Both the position numbers and the translations under genes were made by a program. From positions 186,001 to 250,000 of IMG/VR virus record IMGVR_UViG_3300044213_000107: a stretch of 64,000 bases of DNA. The stretch is one strand, 5' to 3'. The notes under the pieces are model-generated. The model worked only from the letters and a program-made list of their open reading frames with translations, was not told the DNA's origin and did no database searches. Positions 36,059-46,679 of this stretch are shown piece by piece (position 1 is the stretch's first letter; each line of letters starts with the position of its first letter).

Positions 36059-38092
36059 TCACTTTTGTATTTTAATGCTGTTATATTCACGCATTAGTCG
36101 GCGACCCATTTCCTCAATGGGATCAAAACTTTCCATTGGGTTATCACCTTTGGCGGCTGCAAATGGATGTTGTGATTTTTCACGATTTAAATCTGCACCT
36201 TGATGAATAATAGTATCTACAGGTTGATATTCTTCGTGTGGAACATTAGCATATTCTGCTTCTGCTTCGTCAACGTGTTCGTCACCAGAAATAGCAATAA
36301 TCTCTGGTTCTCCGTGTTCTTCATCACCACATGCACATGGTGTTTGTCCACAGACTTCGCAACCGTGATCTTCATGGTCGCTGCCCAACCCCGCCAACTT
36401 TAACATTTGTAATAGTTCTGCGGCTTTTGAACCATTGGCATTTACACTAACGTTCTTTTCACCATCTGTACTCATGTTTGTACTAATACTAATCTTGTCT
36501 TCTTCGGGAGTCATGCTTTCATCAAGATTACTAGTATCTTTGTATTTTTTTCCATCTAGTTCAAATTCATCGCCTTTGTTGGTATCTTTTAACTTTCCAG
36601 TAAATGCATTACCTTCGTCTGCGACTTCTTCATCTACTTCTTTGCTTGCTAGACTGCTGGTATTAGTATATTGTTTTCCACCAACCTCAAACTCTTCACC
36701 TTTGTGAGTATGAGCTAATTTACCAGTTAATGCATTACCCTCAGCAGTAACAGAAGCTTCGTCCATGTGTACACCGGCTAACTTTGCTAACTCATTTAGT
36801 TCAGCATCCATTGTTGGTTTTGGTTGTGGACGCAGATTTGCTGAATGACTCATCTTGTCGCTAACATCTGTAACTTGATCCATTGTAACAGGGAAGTTTT
36901 GACCTGCTTGCTTGCGGTGTACGGCAGGGATATCTTCAGGGCGAACTGCATCTTGGAGTTGTTTTTTACCATGGTGGTGTACTTTCAAAAAGGCTTCTAA
37001 CTTATCACTTAATTGTCCAGTGGTTTTAAAAGTTTGAATGTCTTTTTGTATTTCACCGAGCATTTCGCTGACATGTCCGTCGGTTTCTTTGACCATGTCG
37101 CTGAAGTTGATACCTTCAGTTAATTTACCTTCGACTACACCTTTGTTATGTGCTTTCCATGTAGTAGCGTATGCAATTGCTTTATCTTTGTTGCTTAGAT
37201 GACCATCCTTGCTAAGAGATTTTTTAATATGTTTAACCATGCGTTCGGCCTTGGCTCCAGGAGGTGCTTTTTCATCAACTTCACCAGGAGTAGGATCTCC
37301 ATCAGCCATGTGTTCTGTAACAGACTTATCTGCTTTTTTAGTTGCTTTAACAACACCAGGTTGGCTACGATCAACATCGTGTCCAGTTTTGCTTGATGAT
37401 TTTCCAGTTTCTTTTTTCTTTGTGTCAATTTTATCACTTAGTTCACGACTATGTTTGATCATGTCTTCCCAACTTTCAGACATACTATGATCACATCCGC
37501 ATTGGCTTTCGTACATGCCGCATTCCATGCAGGTTTCTTCTTCCATACTTTCTTTTTTCAAGTACCGGTCTTTGATGCGACCTTTTTCTTCTTCGCCGGC
37601 ACCTTCACGTCCGGCTTTTTGTAAGGCTTCAAAACCTTCTTTGCCATACTTCTTAATACCAGTATAGCGTTGTAGACCGTTTTCTTTTACTTGATATTTT
37701 TTACCGTCGACTTCAAAACTATCTCGGTGTTCTGCACGTGCTTTGGCTAGCTCGCCTGAAAACTCGTTACCTTCGCCCATATCACCTTCGCCCATTTTCT
37801 TACCCGAAGCTGCAGCTTTTTGGAATGCTGTCTTACCGTATTTTTTGCGACCGATACTTGCGGCTACTGCGGCAGGATCGTCGGCTCCGCCTTTCTTAGC
37901 GGCTTTTTCAACTGCTTTGAAGCCCATATATTTTTCGTTAAGTGCAGCTTCTACACGGCCAACACCACTGAGAATACTACCACGAGCTTCAACACTTTCG
38001 TACACTGGTTGTGTAGGCTTTGTGGTTTTTGCTGGTGCAGGATTTAAACTGGCCAGCTTGCCTAAAATATCATACATATTGTTGTCGCTCAT
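36059..38092 (-). CDS. charged low-complexity virion (core/scaffold-like) protein with internal repeats
   Basis: Three EGN.F.G.L...FE..GK.Y repeats; many (I/L/V/M)xE motifs. Confidence 0.6.
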   Translation of the reverse strand: MSDNNMYDILGKLASLNPAPAKTTKPTQPVYESVEARGSILSGVGRVEAALNEKYMGFKAVEKAAKKGGADDPAAVAASIGRKKYGKTAFQKAAASGKKMGEGDMGEGNEFSGELAKARAEHRDSFEVDGKKYQVKENGLQRYTGIKKYGKEGFEALQKAGREGAGEEEKGRIKDRYLKKESMEEETCMECGMYESQCGCDHSMSESWEDMIKHSRELSDKIDTKKKETGKSSSKTGHDVDRSQPGVVKATKKADKSVTEHMADGDPTPGEVDEKAPPGAKAERMVKHIKKSLSKDGHLSNKDKAIAYATTWKAHNKGVVEGKLTEGINFSDMVKETDGHVSEMLGEIQKDIQTFKTTGQLSDKLEAFLKVHHHGKKQLQDAVRPEDIPAVHRKQAGQNFPVTMDQVTDVSDKMSHSANLRPQPKPTMDAELNELAKLAGVHMDEASVTAEGNALTGKLAHTHKGEEFEVGGKQYTNTSSLASKEVDEEVADEGNAFTGKLKDTNKGDEFELDGKKYKDTSNLDESMTPEEDKISISTNMSTDGEKNVSVNANGSKAAELLQMLKLAGLGSDHEDHGCEVCGQTPCACGDEEHGEPEIIAISGDEHVDEAEAEYANVPHEEYQPVDTIIHQGADLNREKSQHPFAAAKGDNPMESFDPIEEMGRRLMREYNSIKIQK

Positions 38093-38694
38093 TATTTCTT
38101 TCCTTTAACTGGGCTTGGTATTTTGTTTTGGTGTGTGCCAACAGGACTTGTGGTTGATACTTTTTCTGCGTTGGTTGTTTTTCCGTATGATGGATCTTTT
38201 GCACCACCTATAGTTTTGTCTGATCCGGCGATTTCATAATCACGAGCTTGTAATTCTTTTAATAAACTACCAACACGTGCTTGTCCTGCCATTTCTTGGC
38301 CACCAGGTGCATCTTCTAATTCAGGAGTTAATAAAGCCGATTCTGCACGCGATACAGGTTCTGCAGCTTCTCTATTCATGTCATCAAGTTTTGTTCTAAC
38401 ACTAACTAGATTTTTACTAACTTGTGCTCGTTCGCCAATGATTTGTCTTAATTGTTCTGGTGTAGTAGGATAGCGTAATGCTATCTCATACATAGTAACT
38501 TCTGCAGCACCACATTGTGGGAATTCTGCGTATTCTTGTATTGGCAATCTTTTGCCTGCACTAATACTTTCAAGTTGATAAGCATCTAATGCATGTTTAA
38601 TATTGTCTAATCTATCTTTGACATCACAAGCAAACTTAACACGAAATTCATATATCTTGTTAGTTTTGCTCAAATAATCCTGAAATGTGTTCAT
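38092..38694 (-). CDS. hypothetical protein
   Basis: 200 aa, late promoter. Confidence 0.7.
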   Translation of the reverse strand: MNTFQDYLSKTNKIYEFRVKFACDVKDRLDNIKHALDAYQLESISAGKRLPIQEYAEFPQCGAAEVTMYEIALRYPTTPEQLRQIIGERAQVSKNLVSVRTKLDDMNREAAEPVSRAESALLTPELEDAPGGQEMAGQARVGSLLKELQARDYEIAGSDKTIGGAKDPSYGKTTNAEKVSTTSPVGTHQNKIPSPVKGKK

Positions 38695-38712
38695 TATTCA
38701 GCCCTCTATGCT

Positions 38713-39216
38713 TTATTTACCACTTTTGCCTTTGTTTAGTATCTCAGCTAACAATGCATTACGATCTAAAATTATACCTTGTCCGTCAACTGCTTCTTCC
38801 TCAGGAGCAGTTGTTTTTTTATCTTTTTCAATTTGATGATCTAGTCTTGCTTTTTGTAACTGCAGGCTTATCATGCGCAATTTTTTATCCATCTTGGCTG
38901 TTTTAGCAGTTATAGCATGTCCCAGTAATGTCCCAGCAGTCTGCATAATTACCCCACCAAATCTTGGATCAACGTTCATTCCGAGATCAAGCAGGTCTTC
39001 TGCTTTGGTTTTAGCTAACTGGGCCAATTCATCTAATTCAGCATCGCCAGCTTCAAGATCTCGTACCAATGGTAAACTAGCATCTATTTTATCAATTGCA
39101 AGATTTACTTCATCAATTATATCTTTATTTTGTTGTGCAACTTCCACTGCTTCTGTAACAGTCATTGTTGCACTTATCTCAGGAAGATCAAATAAGTTTT
39201 CAAGTTTTTTAGTCAT
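38713..39216 (-). CDS. hypothetical helical protein, possibly terminase small subunit
   Basis: Size, helical pattern and position only. Confidence 0.4.
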   Translation of the reverse strand: MTKKLENLFDLPEISATMTVTEAVEVAQQNKDIIDEVNLAIDKIDASLPLVRDLEAGDAELDELAQLAKTKAEDLLDLGMNVDPRFGGVIMQTAGTLLGHAITAKTAKMDKKLRMISLQLQKARLDHQIEKDKKTTAPEEEAVDGQGIILDRNALLAEILNKGKSGK

Positions 39217-39224
39217 ATCCGTAT

Positions 39225-39659
39225 TTAGCGGCCAGTACCTTGATGGAAAATATCATCTTCGCTGACAATTCTAAATACAAGACCTTGATTTCGACACCAA
39301 GCTCTGGCTGCTTCCCATTTGGCCATATTAAGTACAACTGCAGCCTGGTCCCTGACCGATTTGGCATTTTCAAGTGTAATTTCTTTTTTGGGTTTTATCT
39401 CAATTACTTCTGCGTGTTTAGTACCCGACTTATCAACATATACAATTAAAAAATCCGGTACATATATTGTGGCTTTACCTGTTAATGGATTACGATAGTT
39501 TACATGCACCGCTTCACTGGCCCACTGTAGTATAGCAGGATTGTTATCACAAAATTGCATAAACACAAATTCCCAACTACTACGGTATGTAGGAGTTTTG
39601 TTGCCTACATACTTTTCCGGGAATTTCATTTGGAATTTGCCTTGGGCGTATTTACTCAT
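39225..39659 (-). CDS. gp4: head completion nuclease (T4 gp4 / TnsA-like)
   Basis: YRSSWE..F...CD, WASE, YVPDF, EIKP. Confidence 0.88.
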   Translation of the reverse strand: MSKYAQGKFQMKFPEKYVGNKTPTYRSSWEFVFMQFCDNNPAILQWASEAVHVNYRNPLTGKATIYVPDFLIVYVDKSGTKHAEVIEIKPKKEITLENAKSVRDQAAVVLNMAKWEAARAWCRNQGLVFRIVSEDDIFHQGTGR

Positions 39660-40042
39660 GGTAATATTGATCGATATACGTATTTGTTTGCAAGTGGTGC
39701 ATTTGTTATACCTAAATAACTTGTACCAACACGCTCAAAATTTAAAAACATAACTAGATAATTGTTTAATTGACCTTGTGGTAGATTTTTAAATTCCATT
39801 AATACTGTCATTGGGTCCAGGCCTTTTGTGGCCGCGGTATATATAACTGCACTTGCTAGTGCACGAGCAGCATCTTTGTTTTCTGCTACTTGTTCAAAAT
39901 AACTAATGATCGCCCCATCAATATCCGGCCCGACTGTAATTTTTTGTTGAAAATAGTTATTAAAATATTTGTTTGCATTAACCGTAGGTGTTGTATTATT
40001 AACATTAACTGCGGAGTAATTTGTAGGGTATTGTACTGCCAT
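39656..40042 (-). CDS. hypothetical protein
   Basis: 128 aa, coupled ORF. Confidence 0.7.
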   Translation of the reverse strand: MAVQYPTNYSAVNVNNTTPTVNANKYFNNYFQQKITVGPDIDGAIISYFEQVAENKDAARALASAVIYTAATKGLDPMTVLMEFKNLPQGQLNNYLVMFLNFERVGTSYLGITNAPLANKYVYRSILP

Positions 40043-40055
40043 TTTGTATTATAAG

Positions 40056-41543
40056 TTATTCTGGTGCAGCATTTTGATCTTGGCTATTTCCAGCCGCTTG
40101 ATTTAATTGACCAGATTGTGTGTCTGTATTTTCTGCTGCGGCTGCGTCTGCTGCGGCCTGGGCTGCGGCAGCTTGATCTTGATTGTATGCATCTAATACT
40201 GCCTGTTGATTTTCTTCAGCAGTTGCAGCAGTTGGATAATTGCTTTCGGCATTCGCTAATGCTTGTTCAGCATCAGTTTGTGTAGGTAAGTTTGTTGTAC
40301 CAGTGACTGCACCAGATTTATCAATTGTAGTTAATTTGCCAAGACTTGATGCTTTACGTAATACACCTGTTGTTATTGCTGCGGTAATTGCTACACCTGC
40401 TGCACCTGTTGGTGCAGCTAATGCGCCAATAGATAAACCTGCAGCAGCTAACGCTCCACCAACTGCAGATCCATTGGTTGTAATACCGCCTGTTGCAATA
40501 GGACTATTAACTGTCGGCAATCCAAACGCTGGAGTTCCTGCTAGATTTCCAGAGTTAGGAACAAACACAGTATTAAGCGGATTATTACCAGAAATAATAT
40601 TGCGCCCTAGCGCAGCAAGACTACCTGCTGCAATAGTTGTTAAATTTGTATTTTTTAATATTGTTCCGGCGTTTATTGCTTTTAATCCTGCGGCCAGATA
40701 ATTTTGATTATCGAGATCGTCGGTTATTTCTGTAGCAGATTGTACCAGTCCGCCAGGGCCAAATAAACTAGCAGTTCCACCGCCTAGAGGACTTAGTGGA
40801 CTTGGTGTTTTATCATAATATGTTGTAGCAAAGCCATCGACTGCAGGACCAACTGTTCCTCTACCGTATAGCACACCTTCGTAGGCGATAGTCATTGAGT
40901 GTTCTAGTGTACCAGTTCCATTGCTGCTGTTATGCGTGCCATGTCTAAATGAAGTTATATACGGATTAACCAGTATGTATTCGGTAAAAGACTTTTGATG
41001 CAGACTATATATTTTTATAGCCTTGATAATATTAACGCCGCCGGGATTATCTGTGGAACCACTTGGTTGATAGCCAAATTGATTTAATTGGCCAGATCTG
41101 TCTCCGTATTTGGTCGAGGTATAGTATGTAGGATTAGGACTACCATTTTGTTGACCAATATCTGCGTCTCTATAATAATATCTATAATACAAGTTCCAGA
41201 AATTTAAAACACTTTCTGCAGAGTCATCGTGAAAAGTAATATTAACTGGGTCATATTTTATTTTTGATTGTATTACCGTTGGACGATTATAACTATTCAT
41301 AGTTTTTGCTTCAACTGTGAATTTAGGCAAATCTATATTTTTAACCATTAACCCAGTTACTAATGCATCATCAGCGGCCAATCCGTAGTGTGTATCTAAA
41401 CTAAAACTAACGTGATATAACCAAGCAGATTTAGGCGAATGTTCATAGTTATTACCAACATACAATCTAGAAGCATGTTGATAATCGTGAATACCACTGT
41501 GTGTAGTAAATCCTTGTAACAGTAAATCTGCAACTGAAGCCAT
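40056..41543 (-). CDS. tail tube-like baseplate-tube junction protein (gp48/gp54-like)
   Basis: VKNIDLPKF...YNR....Q..I.Y.P..ITFHDD tube fold with an Ala/Gly-rich extension. Confidence 0.65.
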   Translation of the reverse strand: MASVADLLLQGFTTHSGIHDYQHASRLYVGNNYEHSPKSAWLYHVSFSLDTHYGLAADDALVTGLMVKNIDLPKFTVEAKTMNSYNRPTVIQSKIKYDPVNITFHDDSAESVLNFWNLYYRYYYRDADIGQQNGSPNPTYYTSTKYGDRSGQLNQFGYQPSGSTDNPGGVNIIKAIKIYSLHQKSFTEYILVNPYITSFRHGTHNSSNGTGTLEHSMTIAYEGVLYGRGTVGPAVDGFATTYYDKTPSPLSPLGGGTASLFGPGGLVQSATEITDDLDNQNYLAAGLKAINAGTILKNTNLTTIAAGSLAALGRNIISGNNPLNTVFVPNSGNLAGTPAFGLPTVNSPIATGGITTNGSAVGGALAAAGLSIGALAAPTGAAGVAITAAITTGVLRKASSLGKLTTIDKSGAVTGTTNLPTQTDAEQALANAESNYPTAATAEENQQAVLDAYNQDQAAAAQAAADAAAAENTDTQSGQLNQAAGNSQDQNAAPE

Positions 41544-41576
41544 TTATTATAAAACCTTATAATATTATTTATTCGT

Positions 41577-41604
41577 AAAAAAACCGGACTTTGAAGTCCG
41601 GTTT
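41577..41604 (-). terminator. intrinsic terminator after the tail tube gene
   Basis: AAACCGGACTT-TG-AAGTCCGGTTT plus a U run on the minus strand. Confidence 0.8.
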
Positions 41605-41623
41605 AGTATTTGTTGTATAACTA

Positions 41624-42259
41624 TTAGCCCGATACACTTTGACCCAAAGTTCTTTGGATAGCAGTACCAACACCAACTGCACCACCGCCAGGACCTGCAG
41701 TCTGTTCAGCATTATCAAACTTAATTGTTAATGCAACTGTTGCTGGCTCGCTGGTAGCATAGTTCATTTCGCCCCAGTTTACTTCTTGGATGAAACAACC
41801 ATATAGTTCCCAAGTTTCTAAAGTATTAGCTGCATTAGCACCATTACCACCATCGAGCATTTCAAAAGTTAAACCAAACTTATAGTCAATGCCAGAAGCT
41901 GCACTAGATTGTTCTGCAAAATCAAATTGCTTTTGAATTTGTTCGCCAACTAAATTACTAATGTTATTGTTTACATCGTCGCGTAAATTAACTGTAACTG
42001 CTTGCCATTCCGGTTTGCCAATTAAATTAATTTTACTATTGTAGATATCAATAACAAAAGGATTAAAGTTAATATTAGGACGAGTAATATCTACTACCTG
42101 TTTAGTTAACTCCATCACGTTAGTTGTGTTAACTCCAAATCCATTGAATGTTGCTCTAAAACGATATTTTAATTTTGGCATTAACAGACCTTGGCTAGAA
42201 GCACTTTGTCCGCCTCCCCCTAATGGTACTGTAATATTTCTTAATGATGCTGATGCCAT
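41624..42259 (-). CDS. gp19: tail tube protein
   Basis: PKLKYRFR, RP, GKPEW, W.LYGCF..EVNWGE..Y; follows the sheath gene. Confidence 0.88.
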   Translation of the reverse strand: MASASLRNITVPLGGGGQSASSQGLLMPKLKYRFRATFNGFGVNTTNVMELTKQVVDITRPNINFNPFVIDIYNSKINLIGKPEWQAVTVNLRDDVNNNISNLVGEQIQKQFDFAEQSSAASGIDYKFGLTFEMLDGGNGANAANTLETWELYGCFIQEVNWGEMNYATSEPATVALTIKFDNAEQTAGPGGGAVGVGTAIQRTLGQSVSG

Positions 42260-42339
42260 TTTATTCTCCTGATACTGTATTTAGTATTTTTATTATGGGA
42301 CTAATGGGCAGCATCACCGCCCATTAAGTACCTATATTA

Positions 42340-45300
42340 TTATATACCTGCTTTGATATCGCCTGGATTCTTCAAGCGAATTGGAATGTAAATAAACTCA
42401 ACCGATTTCATTGGTTCGATAGCAATATCGACCCAAAGTTCGTTACGTTCAATACGTGTTGGTGTGTTGTTTGAATCATCACAGATAACAACATAATCGT
42501 AAATACCACGTTTAGCAATCAAGTCATTAATAGCACCATTGATGATACTTCTGATTTGATTACGTGTGATCTTGTCATTTGGTTCAAACAAGAACGCATC
42601 GCCTACACGTGCTAGGATAGTACGAATATAATTAACTAAACGTGCTACATTTACACGATCCAAACTTGTTGCAGTTGGGTTACGAGTAATTTGTCCCCAG
42701 ACAACCAATCCAATGCCAGGAATCTGTGCAATAGGATTAATCTTGTTAGAATATAACAAATCACGTGTTCCTTGGTTAACCCCGTTTAGAGTAAACTCTT
42801 CGGTTGTACTGTTGATATAACCAAGATTTGTTGCATTATCTACTAAACCACGGCGTGTACCAGCTGGTGCAAACCACTGATAACTTACATTGTCATTATG
42901 TATAAATGTGCGCAATGCTACATGGCTTGGAGGAACAACAATTGTGTTGCCAGACAAGTCTACAGTTTCTGCACTTGGATAGTATACGCCCAAGTATGGG
43001 TCAGCAGTTGCCAATCCATCACCATTTGTATTATTACTCCACTCACTGATACTTACCGCATCAGGTGCTAAACGGAATGGTGTATCACCAATAACGAATG
43101 CAGTATTGGCACGATCGTTATTTAATGCCACCATTTCTGGAATCAATTCTGGATATCCAGGAGCAACAATCAAATTAAACTGATATTGTTCTTCACGAAC
43201 TGTTGTGTTTGTACTTACTGCTGCAGCCAATGCTTTAACAACCATATTGCGTTGTGCTTTACGACCTGCCCACATAGCACCGTTGTCTTGCAATCCACTA
43301 GCAGATACCCACGCATCAGTTACCGTTGGCAAAGATATATTAGGATAACTTTCAGCATTAAAATAATCGCTGTGGAATTTCTTAATATTATATCCGCTGC
43401 GGCGTGTGTTAAACAACAATGTACCACGTGGATACAATCTTGCATCTGGTGCATCTAAATCCAAATAATTGCTAAACAACAATCCTGTTGCGCCATCACT
43501 GATAGTTGGCAATGCATCGTTAATAACATCAGCAGTACCAGCGGTATCCCAACGTGCATCAGCAAATACAATACCGTTTTGTGTAATTTGGTCTGTGTTA
43601 TCTATAGCAACCCAAGCTTTGCCATTGTAACGACTTAGTTTTGGCCAATTTTCTAGATCGCTAGTATCTAACCAAATATCTCCTGCAGCAACTGCAGTTA
43701 ACCCATCACTATGATATTTAGGTGCTGCACCGGCACTTGCAATAACACCCATTGGATCTGTTTCTGTTAAATTGTATCCGCGTGCATCGCTAGATACATT
43801 TTGGTAACCTTTCCAACCGTTATCATTGATCATAATATCAACATCTAGTGCAGATCCATAATACCATACTGTCCCATCTGCAGGGTTTGTATGTGGTTCT
43901 TTATCACTAACGGTATAAGTTAAATTAGACCAGTTAGAAATTCTATAGTAAGGTGTTGTAACCGTTAAGTTAGCTATCGGATTTGTTCTAGAAGCTCCAT
44001 TTGGGAACAACGAACTACCAGCTGCAGTTCCACTTCCGTTGTCTATTAATAAAATCTCTCCGCCTGCAGTATGTGTATACACAATAGCCCCAGAAGCCGA
44101 AATATCTATATTAAAATTAGGTATTGATAAATTTTTAAGTCCAATAACAAAATTTGTAACGCTAACATTATTTGTGCCTACACTACCCGGAACCGTGTAT
44201 GTGTAAACAGAAGGTAGTGCTTGCGCCGGTTGACTTACTTTAATGGTGATTACATCTCCGCCATTGAATACTGTTGCAGCATTTGTTGGTGCACGGCCTG
44301 TTACAACTGTTTTGCCAACTGCAGTTCTTACTTTTGGTGTAAGTCCACTTGACAAATTGCCATAATTAGGATTTGTTTTTAAGAATATTGTTCCTGCCGG
44401 AATACCTAAACCACCGTTAATCGGGTCTAATCCATAATCTGCAGACGTTTCGCTGTCATATACTGGGGCAGGAACTAAATTCCATGTGTTAGATGATGCA
44501 TTGTATTTTTTCAAAACAATATTAAGACCATTACCGGTTGCACTTGTTTTTAAGAACACCGATCCAGATGGTCTTGGCACAGAATCCGAACTTCTCCAAC
44601 TTGGTATCTGTGCAAATGTACCTTCTGTATAAGTACAACAAAAATACGTTGTTCCGCTAGTAAGTCCTAATGTACCTAGTGGCGAAGTATTTTGTGCTCC
44701 AGAGCCTTGGCGAACATTATCGACAATATATATTCCGCCATCTACTATATAACCTGTAGATGAACCAGTAGCGTCAATTAATATCATATTTGATCCGCCT
44801 AATGCGGTACTTAAGGTAATGTGAGTACTATCAACAATACTTGTTACATAATATGGTGTTCCGGTAGCAACACCGCTAGAAATTGTTGAACTAGCCAAAT
44901 TACCAATAGCACCATTAATATACAATTTTGTACCTACAGACAAGTTACTAGTTGATGACACAGTTACATTATTTGTACCTTGCTGTGTAGCAGTAATACT
45001 AATACGTGCAGCTGAATTTCCTGCTCCACTTATTGAATTTCTATTAGAATAAAATTCTATTGATTTTCCATCACTGCTTAATGAAGCTATGATACCTGCT
45101 GCACTTAACGCACTAGCATATGTATTAATTTTTGATGCTATTCCAGCTATATTTACATTGTTAGCGGTATCACCTAGTACAACATTAATACCATTAACAA
45201 GAATACTACATGCAGGATTATTATTTGCAGAATAAAAAATTGGTTGATTTGCAGCAAAAGAGTTTGTAGATGCTGCTGGACTAGATTGTTCCCATGCTAA

Positions 45301-45960
45301 TGATTCTACTGAGACCCATGCGCCAAAATTATTTTTATGATAAATCAATGCTGAACTATTTGGATTTAAAGTTGCACTTTCAGCAAATACTACTGCATAA
45401 TCGCCTAATGCACCAACTGTAGAAATTGGATACCATGTGCCAAATTGATATGTTAATAATGCAGGATCTGTAATTATAATTGGTGTTTGCAGATTAAATT
45501 GTCCCGCAACCGCATCCCATTCGTAAATACCCCAATTAGAATCGGCAGTATCTAACCATACGATTCCGTCTGCTACTGTACCTGTTGGACGAACTGCAGT
45601 CGGTGTTAATTCATTAAGATCAATATCTGCACGAATTGCATATAACAAATTGCTTTGGCCAAGAGCACTGTACGCAGCAATTAAACCATACTCGTTTCTT
45701 TCGTCGCCGTGTAAAGGTGTTCCTGCTGCGCTTTGTTCAAACGTTGGGTATCCCATTGCAGTAATAAGATCTCGTTGACTTGTGAAACTTAATAGTTTAC
45801 CGGCGGTTGCTTGAGTGGTGTCTGAAGCCAATGCGCCAGCGGGATTTGTTTTGTCTTGAGCGGTTGCCAACAATACTAAAGCTGTTGTGCCCACTGCGCC
45901 TGGTACATACTGGCTTTCGTCAGTAATTGTAATTTGTGAACCTGGTGATACTAATGCCAT
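42340..45960 (-). CDS. gp18: tail sheath protein (large, 1206 aa, with inserted domains)
   Basis: MALVSPG.QI...DES; PPS, WFAPAG..RG, INPI, WGQ, LDRVNV.RL, FEPND. Confidence 0.95.
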   Translation of the reverse strand: MALVSPGSQITITDESQYVPGAVGTTALVLLATAQDKTNPAGALASDTTQATAGKLLSFTSQRDLITAMGYPTFEQSAAGTPLHGDERNEYGLIAAYSALGQSNLLYAIRADIDLNELTPTAVRPTGTVADGIVWLDTADSNWGIYEWDAVAGQFNLQTPIIITDPALLTYQFGTWYPISTVGALGDYAVVFAESATLNPNSSALIYHKNNFGAWVSVESLAWEQSSPAASTNSFAANQPIFYSANNNPACSILVNGINVVLGDTANNVNIAGIASKINTYASALSAAGIIASLSSDGKSIEFYSNRNSISGAGNSAARISITATQQGTNNVTVSSTSNLSVGTKLYINGAIGNLASSTISSGVATGTPYYVTSIVDSTHITLSTALGGSNMILIDATGSSTGYIVDGGIYIVDNVRQGSGAQNTSPLGTLGLTSGTTYFCCTYTEGTFAQIPSWRSSDSVPRPSGSVFLKTSATGNGLNIVLKKYNASSNTWNLVPAPVYDSETSADYGLDPINGGLGIPAGTIFLKTNPNYGNLSSGLTPKVRTAVGKTVVTGRAPTNAATVFNGGDVITIKVSQPAQALPSVYTYTVPGSVGTNNVSVTNFVIGLKNLSIPNFNIDISASGAIVYTHTAGGEILLIDNGSGTAAGSSLFPNGASRTNPIANLTVTTPYYRISNWSNLTYTVSDKEPHTNPADGTVWYYGSALDVDIMINDNGWKGYQNVSSDARGYNLTETDPMGVIASAGAAPKYHSDGLTAVAAGDIWLDTSDLENWPKLSRYNGKAWVAIDNTDQITQNGIVFADARWDTAGTADVINDALPTISDGATGLLFSNYLDLDAPDARLYPRGTLLFNTRRSGYNIKKFHSDYFNAESYPNISLPTVTDAWVSASGLQDNGAMWAGRKAQRNMVVKALAAAVSTNTTVREEQYQFNLIVAPGYPELIPEMVALNNDRANTAFVIGDTPFRLAPDAVSISEWSNNTNGDGLATADPYLGVYYPSAETVDLSGNTIVVPPSHVALRTFIHNDNVSYQWFAPAGTRRGLVDNATNLGYINSTTEEFTLNGVNQGTRDLLYSNKINPIAQIPGIGLVVWGQITRNPTATSLDRVNVARLVNYIRTILARVGDAFLFEPNDKITRNQIRSIINGAINDLIAKRGIYDYVVICDDSNNTPTRIERNELWVDIAIEPMKSVEFIYIPIRLKNPGDIKAGI

Positions 45961-46058
45961 TTTGTGATTCCTTTATAATACACTTTAACATATTTAGTTA
46001 TATATAACTTTTTTTGGTTATTAGAGGTGCCTTTAAGAAAACCTTTATAAATATTTTT

Positions 46059-46679
46059 ATGAAAAAATACGCTGGATTTGTATACGAAACAACAAATGTC
46101 ATAACAGGTATGAAATATATCGGGAGTTATATTGGCTTAGATACTGATATTTGTTTTGGTAATAGTAGATCTATAGAAAAAGATATTAAAAAATACGGGA
46201 TAGAAAACTTTTCAAGAAGTATATTAGAATATGTAAAATCAATTAATGTTCTAGCTGAAGCCGAGTCTGCGTGGCTTAAAAGCGTAAATGCTAAATCTAA
46301 CCCAATGTATTTTAATCGCAGCAATAAATCTTCGCAAAGAGAAGTTTGCGGTGCATGTAATACAAATCTAGTAGCAGTAAATTATGTCACTGCAAATAGA
46401 ACATATTATAGAAAACTATGTTCAAGTTGTATTCGTAAAGGTAAAAAAATAAAACTCTCAGCACCTGCTTGGTTTAAGGCGGGATATAGGAAACGTGACA
46501 AATGTGAAAATTGTGGCTTCAAAGGCAAACACCTTGAACAACTTAGGGTGTTCTATATAGATGGCGATAAAGAAAACAATAACGCTTACAATTTAAGAAC
46601 AATATGCTTAAACTGTCAAGTTGATGCAGTTAAAAGTAAAACTCGTTGGTTACCTGCCGAAATTATAGCAGATTTTTAA
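46059..46679 (+). CDS. GIY-YIG-like domain fused to an HNH-like zinc-finger domain
   Basis: FVYETTN..TGMKYIG...IKKYG.ENF...E, then CGAC..CSSC..CENC..FYIDGD..NN...NL.TICLNC; start at ATG 46059 after TATAAATA-N5. Confidence 0.7.
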   Translation: MKKYAGFVYETTNVITGMKYIGSYIGLDTDICFGNSRSIEKDIKKYGIENFSRSILEYVKSINVLAEAESAWLKSVNAKSNPMYFNRSNKSSQREVCGACNTNLVAVNYVTANRTYYRKLCSSCIRKGKKIKLSAPAWFKAGYRKRDKCENCGFKGKHLEQLRVFYIDGDKENNNAYNLRTICLNCQVDAVKSKTRWLPAEIIADF

